Positions 39,070-48,115 of a stretch of 64,000 bases of DNA are shown piece after piece. The first letter of the stretch is position 1. The number at the start of each line of letters is the position of its first letter. The notes below the pieces were generated by a model. The model saw only the letters and a program-made list of their open reading frames with translations. It made no database searches and was not told where the DNA came from. The stretch spans positions 672,001 through 736,000 of the forward strand of contig OZ244207.1 of the NCBI GenBank assembly GCA_965216875.1, read 5' to 3'. Origin of the DNA: Rubripirellula sp. (lineage in GTDB: Bacteria > Planctomycetota > Planctomycetia > Pirellulales > Pirellulaceae). A program made the position numbers and the translations under genes.

Positions 39070-39842
39070 ACTTGTTGATCCTCGGTGTTGTTTGACGGGC
39101 CGCAAATCGGGCAGTTGGGATCACGACGGACGCTCAGTGTGCGAAACGTCATTTCGCGAAGGTCAAACCGGAGCAAGCGTCCGGCAAGGGTATCGCCGAT
39201 ACCAGAAATGATTTTGACCGCTTCCATCGCACCCATGCAGGCGACCGTTCCTGAGACGGCGCCAAAGACCGGGAACTGTCGTTTCCACGTCGGCGGAGCG
39301 TGCGGAAAGATGCATTGCAGGCATGGTGATTGATCGGGAAGGACGGTCGTGATGTGCGCTTCCAACTCGTACATCGCGCATTCAACCAGCGGTTTGCCCT
39401 GCAGGACCGCTTGGCGATTCATTGCAAAGCGTTCGGGGAACAGCGGGGCACAGTCGACGATCAAGTCACATTGCTCGACGAGCCTTTCGGCATTCTCTTC
39501 GTTGACGTTTTCGGGGACGGCAACGATTTCGAGCCTTGGATTGAGGTCCAGGAGTCGCCGCTCGATCGATTCGATCCGAGGCTTGCCAATCCAATCGTGC
39601 GTCATCAGAAGCTGACGGTTCAGGTCGCTTGGTTTGACGTTGCCGGCATGAGCGAGCACTAGTTTTCCGACGCCGGCTGCGGCGAGTTCGTATGCCACGA
39701 CGCTGCCAACGCCGCCAACGCGTGACACCATCACCGACGCATTCTTTAGCTTCTGCTGCCCCGATTCGCCAAAGTCGGGAACCCACATTTGCCACTCGTA
39801 GGTTGCGCGTTCATGGTCGGTCAGTGGTGGCAAATCGGTCAT
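39066..39842 (-). CDS. HesA/MoeB/ThiF family protein (HesA-like)
   Basis: SRVGGVG, DLNRQLLMTHDWIGKPRI, DCAP.F.ER, CLQC, FGAVSGTVAC, CPIC. Confidence 0.9.
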   Translation of the reverse strand: MTDLPPLTDHERATYEWQMWVPDFGESGQQKLKNASVMVSRVGGVGSVVAYELAAAGVGKLVLAHAGNVKPSDLNRQLLMTHDWIGKPRIESIERRLLDLNPRLEIVAVPENVNEENAERLVEQCDLIVDCAPLFPERFAMNRQAVLQGKPLVECAMYELEAHITTVLPDQSPCLQCIFPHAPPTWKRQFPVFGAVSGTVACMGAMEAVKIISGIGDTLAGRLLRFDLREMTFRTLSVRRDPNCPICGPSNNTEDQQV

Positions 39843-40058
39843 TTGTCGCCAAAAGGTGGGAAAGCGTGGAACGGGGCGTCTATTTTAGCGATCTCAGTTT
39901 GGTTTGCGGATGACCCTACCTTCCTTGCTCTGGACCAAGCAAATCCGTTCCAATGATTGGAATGGCGTGTATGGGGCGAGAAGATTGGCGGGGCGAAGCA
40001 TTGTCGCGGCCGCAGCGTCGTCGACTGGGACGTGAATCGTCGATTCGGAATTGGATGA

Positions 40059-41978
40059 ATGTCGAACCTATTGCAACTCGCTTGCCCGAATTGCTCGGCG
40101 CTACTGAACGTCGCTGCTCCGGATGGCCCGACCGGCCAAGTCCAGTGTGGCGGATGCGGTCATACGTTTACGTTTCGGGCATCGCCTGCGGCTCCACAGA
40201 ACGCCCCGTCGAACGACCTGTTTGGCTCGCTTTCCGATTTGGGAACGCCGCCGCCGCAGTCTCCCGCGCAGCCACCGCCACCGGCAAGGTATGGTGCCGG
40301 CGGGGGTTATTCACCTCCACCCGCACGTCGCGCTGGCGGCGCAGGCAAGGGCAGCAAGAAAGGTTTGATCATCGCCGCGGTTGGCATCTCCGCCACGGTT
40401 CTGCTCGGGATCATCGGAGTTGTTGGCGTGGTTGTGCTGCGCAAAGCCGATTTGATTCCTGCCTCGGTTTCGGTCTTTGATTCGGGCGAAGCGATCCTCG
40501 CCGACGCCGACGAAATTGACCTTGAGCTTCAGCGGATCGTCAACTCACTCGGCGAGACCACCGTGACCGATGCTCAGCGCAAAGAACTTGTTGGGAAGGT
40601 CCTTGAGTCGTTCGAATTGCTCACGCGCGCAAACAAACTCGCGCCACTGACGGACGAGCAAGCGCTCGCTCTGACCGACGGCGTCGAAGAAGTCGATCGC
40701 CCGGGTTCGATTTTTGAATCGAAAACCGTACCGGAAAGCCCGCTCGATGATGAGGCGCGCGACGCGATGCGCACCAAACTTCGAAAGATCCCAATGGATC
40801 AATCCAAGGGGGCATTCCCGATGGTGCAGCGGGGGCTCGCGATCACGAACTTTTTGCGCGAATACCTTCGTTACGGACATCGTGAGTTTTCAACGACCAC
40901 CGATCGCGGCGAAGAAATCGATGTCGAACGGATCAAGCTGATTCGCCAATTCAACCTCGCCGGTGCCAAGACGACTGAGAAGATTGACCCGCTTTACGTC
41001 GAATCGCTCGAAGACAAAGAGGCGGCAAAGGCTTACATCTTGAGCGTCTACCAACCGATGCTCTCCGAAGCCGAAGAGATTGCCGAGAAGCTCTACGCAT
41101 TGGCCAATGAACGCTACGAGCTTGCCGAAGAGATCAAGCCGTCAAAACGCTACAGCGAACTGGAGTACTACGCCGAGCAGATGACGGGCGTTGTCTACGG
41201 TCATTCGGTCGGCGTTGGCGTTTCAAGGAGCGGAGAGCTTGGACCGGTCGCCGAAGTACTCTTTGCCGCAAAGGACCTTGATCGGGCCGAACGGGGGATC
41301 ATGCCAAGTCGATTGGCAAAGGACCATCGTGAGAAGGAAGCTGCGGCCGCCGAGCGCGAACGCGCCGAATCAGAACGCCAGGCCAAAATCGCCATGGAGC
41401 AACAGCGGCTCGATCAAGAACTCGAAAACGAACGGAAACTTGCGGCAGCCGAAGCGAAACGCAAGGAAGCCTTAGAAGAAGCAAAGCGACGCGCCGAATC
41501 GGGTGAACCCGATCCGAATTCCGTCGCGGGCAATCAGTTTGGGCCCTTCGGGTCGCGAATGCGAGGTCCCGGCGGTCGACCTGGCCCAGCTGGAATGGGC
41601 AGCGGTCGCGATCGGTCGAGGCCAGGATCCTTCGATCCGTCAAATCCAGGTCCGGGATCCTTCGGGCCGGGCTCCTTTGGTCCTGGGCCACGACGCGGCC
41701 CGAGGTTCGGAGGCGGTGGGCCGCCGATGCCGGCGTTTGATCCGAAAACGGGCGTCACGATTCAGATGGACCTCGCTCAAGGGATTTCCCCCAGCAACGT
41801 GACGCGAAAGTTCAGTGGGCCATTGCAGACGTCGGTTTCGGCAAACAGTAGCAACGGCCGTTTGATCATTCGTGTCTCGTACACCGGATCGATCGATGAT
41901 GTGGCCAAGCTCATCGACTTTGGCAAAGTTGTTTCCAAGGATGCCGCAACACGCACCATCATCGTCGAACCGAACTAG
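40059..41978 (+). CDS. Hypothetical membrane protein with N-terminal zinc ribbon
   Basis: CPNC...CGGC, Pro-rich linker, one TM helix, helical domain, coiled coil, GPG-rich repeats. Confidence 0.8.
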   Translation: MSNLLQLACPNCSALLNVAAPDGPTGQVQCGGCGHTFTFRASPAAPQNAPSNDLFGSLSDLGTPPPQSPAQPPPPARYGAGGGYSPPPARRAGGAGKGSKKGLIIAAVGISATVLLGIIGVVGVVVLRKADLIPASVSVFDSGEAILADADEIDLELQRIVNSLGETTVTDAQRKELVGKVLESFELLTRANKLAPLTDEQALALTDGVEEVDRPGSIFESKTVPESPLDDEARDAMRTKLRKIPMDQSKGAFPMVQRGLAITNFLREYLRYGHREFSTTTDRGEEIDVERIKLIRQFNLAGAKTTEKIDPLYVESLEDKEAAKAYILSVYQPMLSEAEEIAEKLYALANERYELAEEIKPSKRYSELEYYAEQMTGVVYGHSVGVGVSRSGELGPVAEVLFAAKDLDRAERGIMPSRLAKDHREKEAAAAERERAESERQAKIAMEQQRLDQELENERKLAAAEAKRKEALEEAKRRAESGEPDPNSVAGNQFGPFGSRMRGPGGRPGPAGMGSGRDRSRPGSFDPSNPGPGSFGPGSFGPGPRRGPRFGGGGPPMPAFDPKTGVTIQMDLAQGISPSNVTRKFSGPLQTSVSANSSNGRLIIRVSYTGSIDDVAKLIDFGKVVSKDAATRTIIVEPN

Positions 41979-41996
41979 TCGACGGTTTGTCTGATC

Positions 41997-42068
41997 GTCG
42001 CCTTTCGCTCCGCGAAAGTAGCATCGACTAACGCAGCTTTTTCGAAAACAAGTGAGCCGAACGCTAGC
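41997..42068. repeat. REP-like elements between convergent genes
   Basis: GTCGCCTTTCGCTCCGCGAAAGTAGC (family of 3568-3593 and 46840-46901) and GTGAGCCGAACGCTAGC (reverse complement of part of the 126-bp unit). Confidence 0.75.
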
Positions 42069-43550
42069 TCAAGGTTCGGCGTCGATGTCGAGTTTCGCGA
42101 CGCCTGACACTTCGTCCGAGATCAAGAGTAGCCCGATCACCTTTTCATCTTCGGCCGAAACGACGGCAGCGCCGTGCCATGTTTCGCGGTCGAGGTGGGC
42201 GACGTCGGCGGTCCAATAGTCGCCTGCGTCCGCCATTTCGTGGGCGCCGAGCGGTTCGATCATCAGCCCTGCGCCACCCGCTTCACTTCGGATTTGGCGA
42301 ACGGCAAAACAGTCCTCTGGTTTATTGGGTTGCCTGAACCGCACATTCTCAAATGCACTGGCGTCAAAGCTCTCGGCGTTCTCGAGGCGGACTGCGGCAA
42401 GGTACTCTGACTCAAGTTGCGCGATATCGGTCGCTTTCATTTTCACTTCATTGCCAGACCCATCTCGGAAAAAGAATGCCTCCGATCCACCGATCGCGTC
42501 GGCAAAACCAGCGAAGGTGTCTTTTGGGAAGATGGCTCGTGTTCCGCCCGGACCGCCGATCGTGACCGCGGATGCGGCCGCTTGGTGAGATCGAGTGATG
42601 CCAAAGTGTTTTTGTTGCCACTTGGCAACCACCGTTGCAGAGGCTGGCGGCTTGCGTTTGAGAAGCGGCGTGGGCTCGCTTGCCGCGATCCAATCTGCAT
42701 CCTCTTTTTCATACAGACGAAAGACTTCGCCGGCGAATACTTTGGATGGATCGCCCCCGCCCGGCGTGATGAAGGCAACGCCGCCGCGCGCGATTTCGTC
42801 AAGCGTTTCGGTGTCAATCTTCACGCCGGTCACGCCCACGTCAAAGTGCACACCGCTTGTGACCCAGAACTTTGACTTGGGGGATAGCAGTCGTTGATAC
42901 GGTTGTTGGATGCGAATGCGAGTGTCGACATGCATTCCATCGGTCGAAAGGCTGCTACGAATCACTTGTCCGACTTCAACGCCGCGCCAGGTCACCGGCG
43001 AGCCCGGATTGACTCCGTGTCGATCGTTGCCACGCAAGACAATTTCGATGCCTGTTTGTCCGACGCTACTTGGCGGTCGCGATGCGAGACCATCGAATTG
43101 GGTTTGATGCGCGTTCGATTCGCCTGGGATGACTGCGATGTATTTCGATCCTACTGCCGTTTCGAGTCCACGGACGCCTGTCAGGCCGATTTCGGGTCGC
43201 ACGATCCAGAAACGCGATCCTTGGCTGGCGATCGAAGCGGCGGAAGTCTTCAATTCGACCGCGACATCGATGCTTGAAAGGTCTTCGCTCAGCACCACTC
43301 CGGTCACATGGCCAACTTCGATCCCGCGGTACCGAACGGGATCACCTTCCTTGAGGCCATGACCTTCTGAAAACCGAATGTTGATTGCGATGCCCGAATC
43401 ATCGAGTGAATACCAAGTCAGACCAATCGCGAAAGCGACACAGGCCAGCGTCAACAGCCACATCGACGAGAGCGTGCCGAGGCTGAATGCTCGCACGGCT
43501 TTAACGTCGGCCGTGGGGAATTCGTTCTGGGCGGTATTCGTTTCACTCAT
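42069..43550 (-). CDS. pqiB: PqiB/MlaD (MCE) family protein
   Basis: TM helix and two MCE domains (GLKEGDPVRYRGIEVGHV; GVNPGSPVTWRGVEVGQV; SRFW/SKFW); overlaps pqiA. Confidence 0.85.
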   Translation of the reverse strand: MSETNTAQNEFPTADVKAVRAFSLGTLSSMWLLTLACVAFAIGLTWYSLDDSGIAINIRFSEGHGLKEGDPVRYRGIEVGHVTGVVLSEDLSSIDVAVELKTSAASIASQGSRFWIVRPEIGLTGVRGLETAVGSKYIAVIPGESNAHQTQFDGLASRPPSSVGQTGIEIVLRGNDRHGVNPGSPVTWRGVEVGQVIRSSLSTDGMHVDTRIRIQQPYQRLLSPKSKFWVTSGVHFDVGVTGVKIDTETLDEIARGGVAFITPGGGDPSKVFAGEVFRLYEKEDADWIAASEPTPLLKRKPPASATVVAKWQQKHFGITRSHQAAASAVTIGGPGGTRAIFPKDTFAGFADAIGGSEAFFFRDGSGNEVKMKATDIAQLESEYLAAVRLENAESFDASAFENVRFRQPNKPEDCFAVRQIRSEAGGAGLMIEPLGAHEMADAGDYWTADVAHLDRETWHGAAVVSAEDEKVIGLLLISDEVSGVAKLDIDAEP

Positions 43551-44140
43551 TGCTCGTCGTCCCAGATGGAATGAGGGTCAAAGGAGATCGATGCCAACAT
43601 GCTCATGGCAACGCAAAAGACAAACGCGATCACGGCTGGCCCAAATTCGAAGTGAACAAGATTGCCAAGTTTCACCAACATCACCAGAAAGGCCAAGAGC
43701 ATGACGTCCATCATGCTCCATTTGCCGACATGTTCCATCAAACGCAACGTGGTCGCTTTGTGTCGCCGATGCAGCAGTTCGAGGCAACTCAGTTCGATCA
43801 ACAAGATGACCTTTGCCAGCGGGAAGACGATCGAAAACAGAAGCACGACGAATCCCACGAAATAGCTGCCATGACGAAACAACTCGATGATTCCGCCGAC
43901 GATACTCTGTTGACTCGATTGTCCAAGTCGCTCGATCGTCAGGATGGGTAGGAGGACGGCAGGCCAAAACAACGCCAATGCCCCGATCGCCGCAGCTGCC
44001 GTTCGCGTTGCACTTCGACGCCCGCGTCCAGGTACAAACAACGTGCTTTCGCAGCGAGTGCAAATCGCACGTTGGCCGGTGTCCAGCGGCGGGACTGCAT
44101 GAATCAATCCGCAACAATGACAAGCGTGATGCGTTGACAC
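43547..44140 (-). CDS. pqiA: Paraquat-inducible protein A (single PqiA domain)
   Basis: CHCC...CTRC zinc motif, FSIVFPLAK, GKWSMMDVMLLAFLVMLVKL, FDPHSIWD. Confidence 0.9.
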   Translation of the reverse strand: MSTHHACHCCGLIHAVPPLDTGQRAICTRCESTLFVPGRGRRSATRTAAAAIGALALFWPAVLLPILTIERLGQSSQQSIVGGIIELFRHGSYFVGFVVLLFSIVFPLAKVILLIELSCLELLHRRHKATTLRLMEHVGKWSMMDVMLLAFLVMLVKLGNLVHFEFGPAVIAFVFCVAMSMLASISFDPHSIWDDEQ

Positions 44141-44233
44141 GTTGAGTCATCCTCTGCAAAAAACAGGTTAACCAAGGTTGTGCCCAAGATAAGCGATCGG
44201 ACCTGGTGTGCGTAGACAGCTGAAGAGATCAGG

Positions 44234-45079
44234 ATGAAGTACTTTCCGCTCGACAAACCGGAATTCGAACACCAATTCGGTATTCGCGCCCTTGGTGATC
44301 ACGAATCGATCATCGAGGCGACGCGGCATTACGAAATGGAAACGACCATCAAACGACAACTCCTCGGGGACGAACGCGACGAGTATTTTTGCGCGAGCGA
44401 CGAAAGTCATGAGGCTTGCTGTGAGGCTGCGGGACTCGTGCTCGAAGGCGCGTCTTTCTTGTCCGCTGACAAGAATGAGTTGCTGGGCGAAAAGATCGAA
44501 TTGGATCCGGCGACGCCCCTGCTGTCGGTCGCGCGTCATGTTCAAGAGGACCTTGTCATCATGGAGGCGCGAGACGGGTATCCCCTGATCGCCGGCGTTG
44601 TCTGTTTTCCGAGTGGCTGGAGCGTGCGGAAAAAGTTTGGGAAGTCAACACTCGCGATTCATGCGCCCGTTCCCGAATTCGAGGCGGCGATGGGGAGCTC
44701 GACGATGCAGTTGTTGGAACGTTTGAAACCAGGGCGACCGGTTTGGCGGATGAACTGGGGCATCCGTCCTTCGGACCAATTGGATCAATCCCCTAAGCAT
44801 GCAAGTCGATTGCGCGTTCTTGCCGATCGCGTCCAGCCATCGACCGTGGCAACCGATTGCTTTTTTCGTGTCGAACGTCAAACCCTCTCACGGCTTCCGA
44901 GAACCGGGCACATTCTGTTCACCATTCACACACACCAATGTCCGCTTGGTGAGCTGACTCTCGATCGAAAACGCATCGTGCGAGGGGTGTTGAAGAGCTG
45001 CCCCGTCGACACGCTTCGTTACAAAGGGATCCTGCCGATGCGCGACGCGCTGTTGGAGTATTTGAAGGGTGAGTTGTAG
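44234..45079 (+). CDS. DUF3445 / heme-dependent oxidative N-demethylase alpha-subunit family protein
   Basis: VQEDLVIM, VCFPSGWS, IHAPVP, RMNWGI, FRVERQTLSRLPRTGHILFTIHT. Confidence 0.88.
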   Translation: MKYFPLDKPEFEHQFGIRALGDHESIIEATRHYEMETTIKRQLLGDERDEYFCASDESHEACCEAAGLVLEGASFLSADKNELLGEKIELDPATPLLSVARHVQEDLVIMEARDGYPLIAGVVCFPSGWSVRKKFGKSTLAIHAPVPEFEAAMGSSTMQLLERLKPGRPVWRMNWGIRPSDQLDQSPKHASRLRVLADRVQPSTVATDCFFRVERQTLSRLPRTGHILFTIHTHQCPLGELTLDRKRIVRGVLKSCPVDTLRYKGILPMRDALLEYLKGEL

Positions 45080-45187
45080 AAGCAGCGCGGGTTGAACGCT
45101 CATTCGGTGCGCATGGCCGATGTCGATCGAGGCTAGAATGGTGCGTGCTCTCCCTGCCCTCCCTCCTCAGAAACAAGGCCGCATTCG

Positions 45188-46672
45188 ATGGTCGATTCGC
45201 ATTCCAACCAACCGTCTCGGAAATCCGTTTCACGTAAAGCCGTGTCGAGGCGCACGTTTACAAAATCGGCTGGCGCGATTTTTGGCGCCGCGGCTGGATT
45301 CCATTTCTTTCCCGCGCTGGGTGAAAAGAAACTCGAAAAGCCGACGCTTGCCGGGATCGGTGCTGGTGGCAAAGGACGCGCCGACATCAACGGCGCCGCA
45401 GCGGCCGGCTTTGAAGTCGTTGCGTTGGTTGATGTGATTGACTTCAACAAGCTCAAGAAGTTCGAGGGGCGGCTTGCCAAGAAAAAAGGGGATGTGCGTG
45501 GCACGTACCCGCACGCTCGGTTCTTTGCTGACTACCGCGAAATGTTGCAAACGATGGGTGACAAAGTCGACGCGGTTACGGTTTCGACCCCCGACCACCA
45601 TCACTACCATGCGTCGTCGATGGCGATGCAAGCTGGCAAACACGTTTACTGCCAAAAGCCACTCACTCATGGCATTTGGGAAGCCCGCGCGCTTGCCGAC
45701 ATTTCACGCTACACGGGAGTGAAAACTCAAATGGGCAATCAGGCTCACGCCAACGACCACATGCGTCGTTGCGTTGAACTGATTCGCGCAGGCGTCGTCG
45801 GCAGGGTGCAGGAAATCCATGCTTGGACCAATCGTCCGATCTGGCCGCAAGGGTTTGCGTCACCACCGCCGAAGCAACCTGTTCCCGAAGGAATTGATTG
45901 GGATCAATGGGTCGGCCCAGCGCCGTGGGTCGATTACAACCCCCACATCGCTCCGTTTGCTTGGCGCGGTTGGTGGGATTACGGCACGGGGGCACTTGGG
46001 GACATGGCCTGTCACATCATGGACGTCGGTTACTGGTCGATGCAGCCCGATGAAGGTCCGCGACTTGCGCCGCGCAGCGTGATTGCCAGACAGAACGGCG
46101 CCACGGAGTTTTCGCCTCCGATCAATTCGGTGATCACATGGGATTTTGGGCCCACGCAATACGCCTCCAAAGAAGGTTTCAAATTCCATTGGTACGACGG
46201 CTATGTCGATGCCCATTTCGACCGCGACTCCTGGACTCTGGTGAAGAACGGGAACGAGTACAACCATCCGAGTGAAGAAGTGCTTGACGGCGAAGACTTT
46301 TCGAAATTCGGCAGTGTGATTATCGGAGACCGGGGAAAACTCTTTTTCAACCGTAGCAAGAGCAACTGGTTGCTGAAGACAGACAGCAAGATCGACCATT
46401 TCGAGTGGCCTGAACAATCGCTTTCGCGTGCCAGTGGTCAGAACAACTACCAAGAATGGATGGATGCCGTTTCTGGGAAAATCGATCAGGGTGAGTCGAA
46501 TTTCTCCCTCGCTGGGCCAATGACCGAGACGATTTTGTTGGGTGTGCTGGCTCAACGAGAGCCCGACACGGTGCTCAATTGGGATCGCGAGAAGATGGAG
46601 ATCAAAGGGCGTCCTGACTTGAAGAAATTCATCCAACGTGAATACCGTAGCGGCTGGAAATTGGTCGCCTGA
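45188..46672 (+). CDS. Gfo/Idh/MocA family oxidoreductase with Tat signal
   Basis: SRRTFTK, IGAGGKG, STPDHHH, HVYCQKPL, TQMGNQ, WRGWWDYGTGALGDMACH. Confidence 0.93.
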   Translation: MVDSHSNQPSRKSVSRKAVSRRTFTKSAGAIFGAAAGFHFFPALGEKKLEKPTLAGIGAGGKGRADINGAAAAGFEVVALVDVIDFNKLKKFEGRLAKKKGDVRGTYPHARFFADYREMLQTMGDKVDAVTVSTPDHHHYHASSMAMQAGKHVYCQKPLTHGIWEARALADISRYTGVKTQMGNQAHANDHMRRCVELIRAGVVGRVQEIHAWTNRPIWPQGFASPPPKQPVPEGIDWDQWVGPAPWVDYNPHIAPFAWRGWWDYGTGALGDMACHIMDVGYWSMQPDEGPRLAPRSVIARQNGATEFSPPINSVITWDFGPTQYASKEGFKFHWYDGYVDAHFDRDSWTLVKNGNEYNHPSEEVLDGEDFSKFGSVIIGDRGKLFFNRSKSNWLLKTDSKIDHFEWPEQSLSRASGQNNYQEWMDAVSGKIDQGESNFSLAGPMTETILLGVLAQREPDTVLNWDREKMEIKGRPDLKKFIQREYRSGWKLVA

Positions 46673-46839
46673 GCGTTTCGAGATCTTCGGGCGTCGCACG
46701 TACCGCACCAGAGGCGTAGAATCACGTCCAGGATTCGAGGCAGTCGAGTCCGGTTTGGGCAGCGGCGCGCCCCAAAAACGCGTCGATCGAGCCTAGGAAA
46801 ACGCTGAGAGGCTGAGTTTTTCGGCCGAGTTTCGAAAGA

Positions 46840-46901
46840 GTCGCCTTTTGCTCTGCATAAGTTGCGTTTGCGGACGCTACTTTCGCTGAGCGAAAGGCGA
46901 C
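46840..46901. repeat. REPIN-like doublet (GTCGCCTTTCGC family)
   Basis: GTCGCCTTTTGCTCTGC...GCTACTTTCGCTGAGCGAAAGGCGAC. Confidence 0.75.
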
Positions 46902-46979
46902 ATGAAAAGACTCACAACCTTGAAGCGTTCGCTTTGGAATCAGGGCGATACGACACGAAGATCACATAGGGAATGCGAG

Positions 46980-47744
46980 ATGAGCGACGAAGAAACCACG
47001 GAAGAAGAGACCACCGAAGCAGCTTCCGAAGAACCGACCTCTGAAAAGGAGAGCGATCCGAAGAAGGTCAACCGCGTCCTGCTGGTGCCTTACCCAAAAT
47101 TCATCTTCATGTACCCGACGCTCATTGTCTCGATGATTGCAGCGGTCGTTCTTTCCTTTGTCGATCAATCAGTCAATCCGGCGACACTGAAGTTGCCAGT
47201 CACGATGACCGGGATCTTCTTGGTCGTCATGATGGCGAACATGTTTGTCATCGTGTTCGACTTCCCCAGAGCGACATCGCTCACCCTTGTGTTTGTCGTC
47301 ACGACACTCGGTCTGGGGCTTTGGCTATTGAACAAGTCCGGCATGATGCCTGCGGCTGACGGGATCTTCTCGCGGCTGCATCCGGCAGCGAATGCAACGT
47401 TTTACTACTGCATCTCGGCCGCGATGATCTTGATGTACTTGGCGATCTTTATCAGCGTCAAATTCAACTATTGGGAACTACGCAACAACGAACTGTTGCA
47501 CCATCATGGTTTGCTGAGTGATTTGAAACGCTACCCAGCACCAAATTTGCGCGTCGACAAAGAGATCAACGACGTGTTCGAATTCATGTTGCTCGGTGCG
47601 GGACGTTTGATCTTGCATCCAACGACCGAAAAACGCGCAATCGTGTTGGACAACATCCTGTTTGTGAGCACCAAAGAAAAGCAGCTCACAAAAATGCTCG
47701 GTTCGATCAAGGTGCAAATCGGAACGGATTCGGGCGTTCGGTAA
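46980..47744 (+). CDS. Hypothetical integral membrane protein
   Basis: Acidic N-terminus from ATG 46980, four TM helices, soluble C-terminal domain. Confidence 0.8.
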   Translation: MSDEETTEEETTEAASEEPTSEKESDPKKVNRVLLVPYPKFIFMYPTLIVSMIAAVVLSFVDQSVNPATLKLPVTMTGIFLVVMMANMFVIVFDFPRATSLTLVFVVTTLGLGLWLLNKSGMMPAADGIFSRLHPAANATFYYCISAAMILMYLAIFISVKFNYWELRNNELLHHHGLLSDLKRYPAPNLRVDKEINDVFEFMLLGAGRLILHPTTEKRAIVLDNILFVSTKEKQLTKMLGSIKVQIGTDSGVR

Positions 47745-47768
47745 CGCAGGGAGGTTCGTGGATCGACC

Positions 47769-48014
47769 TTGGGAAACGCCGCTTTGCCCAATCCCTATGA
47801 GCCGCCGATCGACGCGGTCGAACATGACGCGCCCGCCGGCGCGCCCACCGAACTTGACGGTGCTGGTGAGGCGACCGATCACACGACCACATTGGTGTTG
47901 ATCTGTGCTGCGATGATGGCGTTTCTTTTTGTCGTCACCTTTCAGTGGATCTTTGCCGTGATTGCGATGATCGGTTTTGCTGCTGTCGCCGCTACCGTTG
48001 CATCGCGGACGTGA
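47769..48014 (+). CDS. Small hypothetical membrane protein
   Basis: NPYEPP motif and two TM-like segments; preceded by GGGAGG. Confidence 0.55.
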   Translation: MGNAALPNPYEPPIDAVEHDAPAGAPTELDGAGEATDHTTTLVLICAAMMAFLFVVTFQWIFAVIAMIGFAAVAATVASRT

Positions 48015-48115
48015 CCGCGGGTCTTCCATGGGGGTGGGGCATCCCATATCTTGATTTGGAACTTGTCTTGGCCCGCTAATTGGTCGCCGCTGTAACGTTT
48101 GTTGGGGGAATCATC

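Noticed and set aside
39066..39842. Nitrogen fixation cluster suggested by the HesA-like gene
   Set aside because: No nif structural or cofactor genes are in the window.
41560..41730. GPG/SFGPG repeats as a collagen-like or DNA repeat element
   Set aside because: Short, irregular low-complexity linker inside a CDS with no sustained Gly-X-Y period.
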